A stretch of DNA of 64,000 nucleotides, from positions 33,728,001 through 33,792,000 of the forward strand of contig NC_090351.1 of assembly GCF_035084215.1 (NCBI RefSeq), given 5' to 3'. The notes under the pieces are model-generated. The model did no database searches, was not told the origin of the DNA, and was given only the letters and a program-made list of their open reading frames with translations. The stretch comes from Heptranchias perlo (taxonomy: Eukaryota). Position numbers and translations under genes: made by a program. How positions within the stretch are numbered: position 1 is the stretch's first letter; every line of letters begins with the position of its first letter. Positions 22,701 to 33,690 of the stretch are shown one piece after another.

Positions 22701-25700
22701 TAAGGTATAAATATTGGGCTGGACACCAGGGAAAATTCCCCTGCAATTTTTCCAAATAGTGCTGTGGGATCTTTTATGCCCACCTGAGAGGGCAGTCGGG
22801 GCCTCGGTTTAACATCTCATCCGAAAGGCAGCGCTGCACTCCCTCTGTACCGCGCTGGAGTGTCAGGCTAGATTTTGTGCTCAAGTCTCTGGAATGGGAC
22901 TTGAACCCACAACCTTGATGACTCAGAGGTGAGAGTGTGACCACTGAGCCATGCTTAATTCATGGTAGGTTTCACACATTAAAAACTGAACAGAAAAGTA
23001 CCTGATGACATCTGAAAAAGTAGAAGCAACAACAGTTTCATGCACTGCAGAGTTCTTATATTCAGCTGATGTTCATAGTCAAATTTATATAACAGTACAG
23101 AAACAGAGATATGTTCAAAAGTAAAATGCACAGATTTTCAATATTTTTCACATAATTAACATCTACCTGATAAAAATAAATATACTGCATGTGCTAGAAA
23201 TCTGGAAGATAAACAAAAGTTGCTGGAAGCACATGGCAGGTCCGTCAGTGTCTGTGGGGAGAACAGATATGTCTAGGTTCGGTTGTGAACCAGAATTCTG
23301 AAGCAGGGTCTCCACCTGAACCATAAGCTTGTCTGTTTTCTCCACAGGTGCTGACTGACCTGCTGTGAGTTTCCAGCAGTCTCTGCTTTTGTTTGACATT
23401 TAGCTGGCATTTTCTCCTTATCACCACATTGTAACTTCAAAGGCCCAATTCCTTCACGTTTACATTAGACGACAATCTCTGCTGCTTATTACCTGCAGCT
23501 CGGGCTAATAATATGGAAATGAGAAGTGAATTATGTTAAATGGGTATTTACATCACATACACATTGGGTGGAATATCTGCCCACAGAATATGAATTGGAG
23601 AGAACCTCCTCCAAACCCAATGGCACCACTTAAAATGAGTCCCCTGCCATCAACATCCATGGGATCACCATTGACCAGAAACATAACTGGATCAGCCATG
23701 CCAACACTGTGGCTGCAAAAGCAGGGCAGAGGCTGGGTACTCAGATTGAGTGGCTCACCCCCTGACCCCCTGACCTTATGACCCCTTGACCCGTCAAAGC
23801 CTCTCCATCATCTGCAGTACTCAAGTTGGGAGCGTGATGGAAAACTCACCTTGGACAGGTGCAGCTGTAACAACACTCAGAGGTTCACCACTATTTAAGA
23901 CAAAGTAGTCCTCTTGGCCAGTGTTCCTGCCAGTGGGCTCAATATCCACCCCCTCCACCACTGGAGCACCGTGCCTGCAGTACGTACTATGAATAGGACA
24001 CACTGCAGCAACGCCCACATCCTGAGAATCTATGAAAGAAAACTGGGCACGTTTACTTAAAATCACCTTTTAGCCCAATGGCCTCTGCCATTAAAGAGGG
24101 CAAGACAAACACTGTCATGAGAACACCACCTCCTCCAAGTTACACACCATTCTGGCTTGGATATATACTGTTGTTCCTTCATTCTTGTTAGGTCAAAATC
24201 ACGGACTGTCTTACTTAACATCATTGTGGGAACATCATCAGCAGATGAAGAATAAGGCCGAGCACCACTTTCTCAGGGCAACTAGTGACAGGCAATAATG
24301 TAACCTTGCCAGCATCACCCACCTTCCAAGGACAAATTTTAGGAAAAGAAACTTCCTGCACTTGTAGTAACTGACGCTGAGAATTTGACCAAAGTGCCAA
24401 GATGTTGCTCACTAGTGATATCAATTGATGTGCAGATGTACTGCTGTAATCCCTCCCTTTCACAAGCAGAAATACAACTTTTCTGTCAGTGCCACACCAG
24501 AACAGATAGGGACGAGGCACACTGCCATTGCTGGGGTTTGGCAAGTACGTCTCATCTCACGCCATGAGGTTAGGTTAGCGGTAAAGTAATGAAGGTGAAT
24601 AATGCAAACAGCACCACCTGAGGGGTGGCAAAATGGAGGTGCTTACTTCTTATTCTTATTCTCCACCAACAAAAATAGCACCTTTGTTCGGAAGCTAACA
24701 CAACAGCATGATGTAAATCCAGCCACCATTTCCATTATGATGAGTTATAGCCTGGAATAGTAAATGTTTGTGAAGCCTTGTGCCAAATTTCTTAAAGAAC
24801 ATTTATTCTCTCAGATGGAAACAGTGCCAATCAAAACACAAGCAATGAGAACATTGTACCTTTTGCTGGCAGATGTGGATTCTGAAGATGTGGTTGGATT
24901 ACCAGTGGAATTGATATTTTTACTTGTGGAACATGGAGTTGTTGGTGATACTGTTGAAAAAACTTCACAAGTATATACAGGTCCTATTGAGGCAAGGGAA
25001 TAAAGTTTAGATTCACCTGATTTTCACTTGTAGTCAACCTAGAGAACACTATTGTTAAATGGAACCTCAGTGCTTGAGTAAAATCCTGGTTGGTATATTG
25101 GATTTGGATGCTTTCATTTCTGTGTAATTTCCCCTCTCTGGTAGCAAGGAGAGATGCTGCTAACACCTGGCAGCGGCCCATTTTTAGTGATATTTCAGTT
25201 ACTTTCCCATATCCAAGTGTTTGCGCTACAGAATTACTATTGGGACAGTTAAAGGTCTCGGGTTGGTGGGACTACAAACCAGATATTCCCTTTTTTGCCC
25301 CACGCAAACATAAAGGAAAGTTAGAGCCAGGGAATGATCTGTGCCACCACCGGAAAGTGTATTCCTGGGCGCCTAGCAACCACGATGCTGCCCTGGAGCG
25401 ATGTCCTCAGTGGAATAGGAACATCAGCAGTGCATTGAGCACATCTGGAAATATTAGACCAATAATTACTGTTGTCGATATTAGTAGACAAGCAGTTAAA
25501 ATTCGTAAGGCGTTCCTCGTTTAAAAGAATGTTTCATTCAAAATAGCAGATAAAGGAATGTCACACGCACACATTAAACAGTCGCCTGCTAATATTGACA
25601 ACGGTCAATTCTAGCCTCTTGGGGTCGGTTTCCTGAGCTTGCCAAGTGATGGGAAACCTCAGCCACCGGGAGTGGATATCGCAAATCAGGGACAGGCTCG

Positions 25701-28700
25701 CAAACAGATGCAATAGATATTAGTTTTAAAAATTCAGTTCCCATATTGTTTGTTTAAAGTAACACTTACCAATGCTGCTGATTTGAGCCACATAACTGCA
25801 GTTTTTCTCTGATCTGTTCCAGACTGACACATCAACCATTTCACTGGATTTTCCTCCATTATTATTTGAGGCTCTGCAGTAATATTGATGATGATCTTGG
25901 GTGAAGGAAGAACATTGTAGATCCAGTTTATCAGATTCAGAGATCGTTAAATCTTCAGACGTGGCCTTTTTATACCATGTGTACCGAATGGGAAGGGACC
26001 CTTGGACAGACTCACAGGAGACTGACACTGAGCCCCCAAAACATGAGGCATTTGCTGGTGATAAAAATCGAAGTACAGGAACAGACACAGATTCTGTGGG
26101 AAAGAAACAAACATTCAGACACTGACTGACTCTGCTTCTTGCACTGGATCCAAACTATCCCTGATCTTTAATGGGATGAGAGAGATTAAATAGCCTTCAA
26201 AAGCACCTGAAAGAAGAGGAACAATTGTGCAAGTTTTTGCTTTTTTTGAAAAACAGCAGCATAATTGATCCAGATGGAAATAATCTTCTCATCATTTTTG
26301 CTTTGATGAAACCCATCATGAATTTGCCAGGTTGGAGCAGTCTATGGGGTAGAAATTGGGATGTGTTTTGTTCCAATTCCGGGCGTAAAATGGTGCAACG
26401 TATACCAATTGCTGGGCGTGAAGTCCTGTGCCCGATTTGCATTGGGGCATGCCCACTGCCCTATTGGTCGACTCTGTTTTTAGGCGTCCCTAGTGGTCGC
26501 CTGAAAGCAGCGTTGCATTAATTTAAAAATGCAAATAAGGGTCCTGGGCATGTTTTAGGAACCTTCTGCAAAATTTTTGAGAAACTAGGCAGAGCGTACA
26601 CCGTGAATGTTCTGACGAGCTTACCCAGTTCTACAGCGGCCTAACCAGAGTTCCTTGAAGAGACCCATTGAGATCACTGAAGAATCGCGACTGCGCTCGG
26701 TCCCCCAGCGTTTTCCACCGGTGTCCAAGCAGGACGTTCCTGAGGGCCACTGGTGAATAGACAGCAGGCTCAAATTTGATCCCCAATGTTGGAAGTAGCC
26801 AGCAGCTCGCCTCTATTATCAAAATGAGGCCAATTTCAGATGAGCCTCAGGCCTCTGGCTTCTTGGGGCGCGCTTTCAGCCTGTCGCTTATTTTGGGTCC
26901 AGAAATGAGCCCAAAAGAATTTCCAACCCTATTGTTTTCAGGTGGGGGTTTGGTCGAATGTTGAATGCATTTCCAGGAATGGCCTGACCCAGGTCCAGTT
27001 TGTACCAGAACTCCCTCATATGGGAATTCTGCAACCAACATCGAAAAATCAAATGCTTTCCAATGTTCATTTTACTTCTGAGACAAAACCAGAATAAGCT
27101 CTCCTGTAACTCAGCCAGGCCCTGCCATTTTGGAACCTCACCAGCACATCTACATCTCCATGTCTCTCCATCCTGCGAGCAGCCTGAACTACCATGTCTA
27201 ATATCAGAACATAGCAGGGCTCCAGATCAGGAGAGCAGTAATGATACTGGGGATGTGTCAATTTGAAAATCAGGGCTAACAATTTCTCTCAGTGGTAGGT
27301 TACCAGCCTCCAATGCTGTTTAATTGTTTGACACTCGAACATGAGCTAGTTGGAGAAAGTCCGAGAAACCACAGCAGAATATGAGTGCAAAAAACTGGAG
27401 ATTTCTACACATGTTCTGTGGCTTTAGACAGGGAGAGTAATTATGATTGGTTTCAGCGAACTGCAGCTGAAAAGCAACCCTTTATCTCAGTTTTATTGGA
27501 GTAGCCAAAGCACAAAGGTGACCAGCTTGACACTTTCAATGAGAATTGTCAGGTCTTCAGTGCTGTTGCGGCCACACCCTGTTCTCAGAAATTGATTAGG
27601 ACAAAATTTGCTTTGTGACTGGACAGTCTCTCTTTGAAATGTTACTGCTTGCCAGCCTGTCCCTCAGCACTTCCCTACTCACCCACCCAGATCCATTGAA
27701 AAATCAATAGGAGGTGTAGAGGATGTAGAAGATTGTATTTAGTATTTGATCCTTCAGGAGGTTTGCTTAGGAGGAAGATAATGGGCCATAATTTGCTGTG
27801 GCAGAGCATCCAACGGTGTTTGCCGTTGGTTAGACTTGCCCTTGCTCGTTTAGGTTTCAAATTGTTTGCAGGTAAGTTACTGAAAGTGCGAGTTGATAAC
27901 ATCGCAGCGAGGGAAACAGGGCATCTGGGACCTGAGTGGACAGAGCAAGAAACCGTGTATCTCCTTCACCAGTCAGATTCAAGGATTTTGAAATAATCAA
28001 TGAAAGGATTGAGAAGGAAGTGTAAATGAGAATGGATTGAATGTCCAATCAGGTACAGAAAGAGAAATAAAGAGAGGGAAAGAAGGATTGGATGAAGAGA
28101 GAAAGAAAAAGGAAATGTACATTTTTAAAATTTCCAACTACAATTAAAACCTGAAGGATTGAAACTCCACACTTGTAAGTTTTCAGTGCCAAAGAGGTTG
28201 CTTGGCAGTAAATAACACTTATCACGTTGTTAAAAGGGTACTCAGACTTGAAATGACTTGACTCAACTTACTGTGGAGAGTTTAATTTGTATCTACCGTG
28301 CAAATACAGCAACTTCATGCCGTTCAATGTATTTCAATGGTGCGGCAGACAGCAAGATGCCCTTTTTGTGAAGCTAAGGGCAGAACGGTGCAACTTGGAC
28401 AGCAACTTTTGGATTTCTGTGTTAACCAGGCATCTGCCCCTCGCCTGAATTTGCTGCACCATTTGCGTGTAAATAATGGCGATCGCCATTAGTCTCACCG
28501 CTATTTTGACAGCAAAATCTGGCCCAACGTGACAACATGAATAAAGAGGCTTCTTTTACCATCAAGAGAGTGATCTAGCTTTTCAATTTTAAGTTTAGCT
28601 CGCTTGTAAAGTTGAACTGTATTGTGCTGAACTAAGTATCTGGTTGATTCTGTATGCCTCCCATCATATCAGGAAACCTACAAAAATCTGTTACGCTCAT

Positions 28701-31574
28701 GTGGATTGATTCCATTTTTAGTGTTTTCTAGGTATTTATCCCATTAATGACTACTTGCTTCTTACTGCTTTTGTTATTGTCTTTCTATCAGTTTTAGCCT
28801 GAATGTAAACATCTGACAGTGTGAAATTTGATACAGTTCAGAGACAGGAAGATGTGTTGAGCATCCATGTGAGGTCTGGTGTAATACACTGCAGTTAAAG
28901 TAACTGTTGGTCCCATAATACGTGAAATTTTTGGTTGGATAGTTGGACAGGCCACGAATTGCGTGTGAGCAACACGAGTCGTGTTTCCAGACCTCTGCCC
29001 ACTTCCTGGAAGACTCTGCACTGCTGCGGAGCTTCGGGAAATCAGTGCTGTATTTTTCTTCCCAGATGAAACATTGAACAGACGTTTTAGTAGTGTATAA
29101 TAAAGTATATCACTGAGAAAAGTACCGTAAGATATTTGTAGCCATAAGTTAAACCTTGGATCGATGCCAGATCGTTCAATACCACAGCTGTACCATCCGC
29201 TATCTCCCAAGCGAAGATCCGTCATAGTAACAACGAATATTCCTTCTCTCTTGTTATCTGTGATTGACATTCTTCCTCGCTGTCCATCTTGCTCACTTGT
29301 TTTTACTAAAATTGAACAATCAACAGTCCAGCCATGACACCAATATTTCACATATGACCGGTACGTATGTTTGTCATAGTGACAGTCTATTGTGATCGCT
29401 CTTCCCACAACTCCATTTACATTTTTTTTTGCCCACAATGCACCTGAAACTGAGGAGACAGCACTTCAGAAATTGAACAGGAAGTAACTGCTAAATACAA
29501 ACAGATACATTTTAATAAGAACTTCCACTGTGTACAGAAGAATCTCTCCACTACGTCCATTAATACAGTTGAATTCCTTGTAGTTTGTGATGAAAGAAAG
29601 AACATTAATTTCGTGCCTTATCACATCCTCACGATGTCCTAAAGCACTTCCCAGCCAGTGAATTACTTTTGAAGTGTAGTCACTATCGTTAAACAAGAAC
29701 AGCAACAACAGCTTGCATTTATATAGCACCTATAACATAGAAACACAAGCGAAGATATAATCAAAAGTAAATGGACATTGAGCTAAGTCAGGAGATATTA
29801 GGAGAGGTGTGTAACAGCTTGGTCAAAGAGGTGGGTTTTAAGGAGGGTCTTAAAGGAGGAGAGGTGGGGGATTTCATACAGGGAATTTCACAATGTAGCG
29901 CCAATGAAGGCAAACCCATTCCCACTAATGGTGGGGCAAATGTAGGGATCGAAGCACAAAAGATCACAGTCAGCGGAAGGGAGATCTCGTGAGGGAGTTG
30001 GTGAGTCGGGCTGAAGGAGGTTACTCAAATAGTGAGGGGCCATTTCATGAAGGAATTTAAACACAAGGATGAAAGTTTGAAGTTTTGAGAGACCGAAAGC
30101 CAATGTAGGTCAGCAAGGACAGGGGTGATAGATGAACGGGACCTGATACGGGCAGCAGAATTTTGGATGCGTTGATGTTTATGGTGGGTGCAAGAGGGGA
30201 GGCAGGCCAGGAGAACATTGGAATAGTTCAATCTGGAGGCAACAAAGACATGGATGTGGGTTTCAGCAGCAGACGGGTGGAAGTAGGCAGACTTTGTAAT
30301 GAACTTGATATCTGCAGGAAAAGTGCTCCAGATTGTCTGTAAGATCAATGAGCAAGACCTCGAGGGTATTAATCACAGGATTATTCCCAGTGCCACATGG
30401 TAATCAGTATAACAATAGTAAGATAAGAGAAGTAATTTTGTGACTGGAGAGATGGTTCAGAAGAAAAGGGTTCATATTCCTGGCACCTTGGGACCAGGTG
30501 TGGAAGAGGAGCATCCTGTAGAGGACGGGAGGAGTTTACTTGAACAGCGCCAAGACCAATGGCCTTGCTGGGAGAGGAACTCATGCTGTGGGCAAAGAGT
30601 TTACTCCCAAATGGCAGGAGGGTGGTTAAAAATAAGCTGAAGAGGCACGAGGAAGAGGACGGAGGGCTGAGGATATAGGATAGATAAAAGAGGGAAATGG
30701 GGAGGGGAAAGAGATCAGATCAGAAAGAGGAAGGTTTGAAAAGAGAAAGATTGCCATAACAGAGGCGTGCTTCAGTTGAATGTTCAAAAAGTATTCTGCA
30801 TAAAATTGGCAAGTTGAGGCACAAATATTTATGGGGAGGTTTGATATAATAGAATTAACAGACTCATGGCTTAGAGTAGGGTGAGACTGGGAGTTTAACA
30901 TTGCTGGTTACAAAATAGATTAGTCCAAAATGGTGGCGGGGAGGCAGTATTAATCAGAAATTCCATTACAGCATTAAATCATAAAGATGATATGGGGCTG
31001 AATCTACTTGGTTAGAGTTAAAGAAGAAGAAGAAAACGGTTCCTTATTAGGAGAGTAATATCGACCAAACAGTGGGCGTCCTCTCCCAGTGAGGAACAGT
31101 TTCACTGACAGAGCCTCGTTAAACAATATTTCATCGGCTGTACTTTAAATAACGAAAACAGTTGCAAATTTGTGACATTTTCTATTTGAGGGATTATTAC
31201 CACTGCAGTCTTCAGTGTATATTGGACTTCAGACTACATTATAAAAGTCACTTTTTTACGGATTAAAACTGGTTGCCTTTGCATTTTGATTGTTGCTTTT
31301 GCAGCTTTTAAAAAAATGAAATGGAACCTTTATTTTCCACTCACAATTAAGAATGCATTTTCGTCTGGCAAATAATACAGTGAAAAAGAGATACAAGACT
31401 ATATGCAAATGTACTTCTGCTGAGTATTTTGTGCCTTTACATTTCTCCAAATATTTAAACATCTCTGCTGTTTAAACCATACACGAGACTTAAACTAACA
31501 CTGATTATCTGAATATCCAGCTCTGGCGGTCACTCACCGGGCAGGGAACAAATGAGAAGAATCAGAATCCGCAT
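16388..31574 (-). CDS. Gene A: inhibitory CD300/pIgR-like (CMRF35-like) Ig receptor, predicted 418 aa, 7 coding exons: 31538-31574, 29126-29449, 25770-26093, 24860-24983, 22359-22447, 19154-19194, 16388-16705
   Basis: All introns are GT-AG with compatible phases (1,1,1,2,1,0), giving an uninterrupted frame. It runs from signal peptide MRILILLICSLPVSGA through V-set Ig, C2-type Ig, S/T stalk and TM LIYIVLGVLGGLIVLLAVCLLLYL-KQKNK to a tail with IVYANV, ITYAEV, VTYAAV, ATYATI. Confidence 0.85.
17790..18420 (-). mobile_element. CR1 LINE 3' fragment in gene A intron 6
   Basis: ORF 18005-18445 matches the CR1 RT C-terminus; cataagaacataagaa tail at ~17791. Confidence 0.85.
19154..19194 (-). CDS. 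Gene A exon 6, short juxtamembrane cytoplasmic exon
   Basis: ttttttcag|ATACAAAC...ACTCAG|gtaaga; 41 nt (DTNNGGDNTLNDTQ) converts phase 1 to phase 0, as the ITIM exon requires. Confidence 0.75.
19551..19662. mobile_element. Tiny MITE
   Basis: GGAGGTAACTTTCAGCTTCAC ... GTGAAGATGAAAATTACCCCC inverted termini. Confidence 0.65.
21533..22271 (+). mobile_element. Probable solo LTR in gene A intron 5
   Basis: TGTGG...CAACA ends, imperfect 4-bp flanks ATTG/GTTG, internal short direct repeats, AATAAA at ~22184. Confidence 0.5.
22359..22447 (-). CDS. Gene A exon 5, uncharged transmembrane exon
   Basis: (S)LIYIVLGVLGGLIVLLAVCLLLYLKQKNK; polypyrimidine acceptor, donor G|gtgagt. Confidence 0.88.
22510..22952 (-). 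mobile_element. Deu-domain SINE copy in gene A intron 4
   Basis: Same family, reverse orientation. Confidence 0.75.
23620..24335 (+). mobile_element. Old degenerate 3' fragment of the same LINE family as 140-3403
   Basis: caccattgaccagaaa...ctgg and tctcagggcaactag...ccttgccagc match the 3' part of copy 1. Confidence 0.7.
24860..24983 (-). CDS. Gene A exon 4, Ser/Thr-rich stalk
   Basis: GPVYTCEVFSTVSPTTPCSTSKNINSTGNPTTSSESTSASK; acceptor after ttcccttgcctcaatag; phase-2 donor AG|gtacaa matches the TM exon phase. Confidence 0.8.
25770..26093 (-). CDS. Gene A exon 3, C2/I-type Ig domain (FcR-like)
   Basis: SVSVPVL...VSVSCESVQGSLPIRYTWY...QYYCRASN; acceptor cccacag, donor G|gtaagt; 324 nt, phase 1-1. 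Confidence 0.9.
26346..28526. mobile_element. Degenerate non-autonomous TIR element(s) in intron 2 (copies at ~43124-45304 and ~60050-62230)
   Basis: GGGGTAGAAATTG ... CAAAATCTGGCCC imperfect inverted ends, resembling the other Harbinger-like repeats here. Confidence 0.45.
29126..29449 (-). CDS. Gene A exon 2, V-set Ig domain of CD300/pIgR type
   Basis: ITIDCHY...KYWC-x6-C...GRMSITD...DSGWYSCGI: canonical Ig Cys pair plus the extra CD300/pIgR-type Cys pair; 324 nt, phase 1-1. Confidence 0.93.
29700..30290 (-). mobile_element. L2 LINE 3' fragment (similar at ~16905-17235, ~32100-32580 and in the duplicated units)
   Basis: Translation AETHIHVFVASRLNYSNVLL...QRIQNSAARI is typical of the L2 ORF2 C-terminus; aacaacagcttgcatttatatagcacc tail. 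Confidence 0.75.
31538..31574 (-). CDS. Gene A exon 1, signal peptide (MRILILLICSLP)
   Basis: ATG at 31574, hydrophobic leader, strong phase-1 donor G|gtgagt; joins in frame to VSGALWA of the V exon. Confidence 0.88.
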
Positions 31575-31720
31575 TGTTTTATTCACAAAGAAGAGATCAG
31601 CACTTGTCGTCAGTCACCCAGCTCTTCGTTCTCATATCTAAATAAATATCTTCATGATGCGAGGAATTTAAATGAGGAAGAAAGTAGCAGGAAGCCAGAT
31701 CGTGAAACCGCAGGAAGCCA
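31575..31720 (-). promoter_or_regulatory. Putative proximal promoter of gene A with clustered ETS/PU.1-like and RUNX-like motifs (matching copy at 48355-48500 for gene B)
   Basis: GAGGAA at 31661 and 31674, CAGGAAG at 31688 and 31711, ACCGCA (TGCGGT) at 31707, all within 150 nt upstream of the ATG. Confidence 0.45.
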
Positions 31721-32728
31721 GCCGATGAAATGTTACCCCTGAGAACTTGAAATATTGTCAGTTATATTTAACAAACAAAACTAAACTAATTTTCATCAAT
31801 GAATAGAAAATTGTGAAAACAGGAATGTGAAAATGTTAACAGGAATGGAGAATGGCGACCCAAGCAAAGTATTTATGCTGAATTGTGAGGTGACATCCAG
31901 AACACAAGTGAGAAAAAAACCTCAGACAAGTGTTGAGATTGGCAGGAAGATTCAATCCCCTCTCCTTCCCACAGTGTACTGTGTATGGAAACTAGTTTCA
32001 CAGATAAAACAGTTAATGCTGTGCTTATTAACAGCATGAAGAATGTCTGGCCACATAGTCGGAAATCCCTTAAAGTCACATGTTAAGTGTCAGAATCATA
32101 CCAACAACAACAACAACTTGCATTTATATAGCACCTTTAACACAATAAAATGTTTCACGGTGCTTCACAGGAGCGATTGTCATGCAAAATTTGGCACCAA
32201 GACACATAAGTCGATATTAGGACATGTGACTAAAAGCTTGGTCAAAGAGGTAGGTTTTAAGGAGCATCTTAAAGGAGGAGAGAGAGATAGAGAGGGGGAG
32301 AGGTTTAGGGAGGGAATTCCAGAGCTTAGGGCCAATGCAGCTGAGGGTACGGCCAGCAATGGTGGAGCGATTAAAATGGGGGATGCGCTAGAGTCAAGAA
32401 TTGGAGGAGCGCAGAGATGGTGGTGGTGAGGTAGAGCTGGGTGTGATCAGCGTACATGTGGAATCTGACGATGTGTTTTCAGATGATGTCACCGAGGGGC
32501 AGCATGTAGATGAGAAATAGGTGGGTCCAAGGATAGATCCTTGTGGGACTCCAGAGGTAACATCGGGCACACTACCCATGATTTCCTGTTTGTTAACGTT
32601 AATGGATGGTGACATGGACTCTGGGACATTTCCACCCACCATGTTCTTTCACATGGGTGTCGGGTTGTGGTACATTGTCCTAGTGTGCAGCACCACACAG
32701 TAATGCACACAGTTCCACATCCACTGTT

Positions 32729-33593
32729 CGGGGTGAATTTTAACCTCAGGAACGGGTGGTTTGGGCGTGGTTGGGAAGGTAACAATTGTAAAAATGTAAA
32801 GCCCGACCCCAACCTGCCCACTTCCGGTTATAACGGAGGCGGTTCGAGGGGTGGGCGACCAACCCGTTCTCAGGAGACGGGTCGGTCAGTGAAAGCTTTT
32901 AAGGAGGCTGCGGGCGTCCATTTTGAAAGATTTTTTATTTTCAACTCCTGGGGGCCGGGATTACCGGGCCTTCTGCTTCAGGCCACGTGAGAGGAGGCAA
33001 GAAGGCCTGGATCAGCAGTGAAGTGCTTTTATTGCATTGCTTGTGGGCCAGGAGGAGCAGGACTGCTTCCCCCAACAAGCTCACCTGCCGCGATCGCACA
33101 CATGCGGTCTCTGACACCCCCCCCAACTATCACCGAACCCCTCCCCCATGATCTCCGACACCCACCCCCCGAATGCCGCCCCCACCACGATTTCGAACCC
33201 CCCAATATCTGACCACCCATGCCTGAGCCCCTGATGAACCTCCCAATGATCACAGACTCTAATGAGCCCCCCTGATGACCGACCCCCACCAATGGCCGAG
33301 CCTCTGATGACCCTGACCCCGAACCCCCTGATGACATCGATGAGCAACTACCCCCGCCGGCCCCCATTTAATACTTTTGTGCTGGCATCTGCTACCCCGC
33401 TGCTCCCCTGTCCGACTGATAGCCAGCTTGTCAATCCAGCTGGACTGTCGGGCAGAAAACCTGCAGAAAAAGAATGAAATACTTCCTTTCGTCAAAATCG
33501 TAAGGACGTCTGGGAAACCCGGACTTCTAGGTTTCCAGTCAGGATTTCTGACCCCCCTCCCATGACCTGGCTCCCTGGTAAAATTTTACTCCC
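32729..33593. mobile_element. Non-autonomous TIR element (copy at ~49509-50373)
   Basis: GGGGTGAATTTTAACC ... GGTAAAATTTTACTCCC ends; internal degenerate C-rich repeats. Confidence 0.65.
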
Positions 33594-33690
33594 TCGTCTC
33601 CAAAAGATAAGACTCTTCCCCATTGGCAGGGAAAGAAAATTAAAAGCAATTGTATCCTTGAACATTTTTAAGTCGCTCTTTGGATACAAA

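Noticed and set aside
25090-25524. 144-aa + strand ORF conserved in three copies
   Set aside because: Conservation is explained by the recent duplication; intronic, antisense, no recognisable motif.
28794-29125. ~110-codon extension of the V-exon ORF (also 45553-45905, 62479-62831) as a secreted isoform
   Set aside because: Lies past a phase-compatible donor, has no recognisable domain, and the stop position differs between copies; treated as intron unless RNA shows retention.
29126-29449. Rearranging Ig/TCR/IgNAR V segment, or a specific PIGR/CD300 ortholog
   Set aside because: Exon encodes a complete domain ending in a splice donor, with no RSS heptamer/nonamer; orthology cannot be assigned without phylogeny, so no gene symbol is given.
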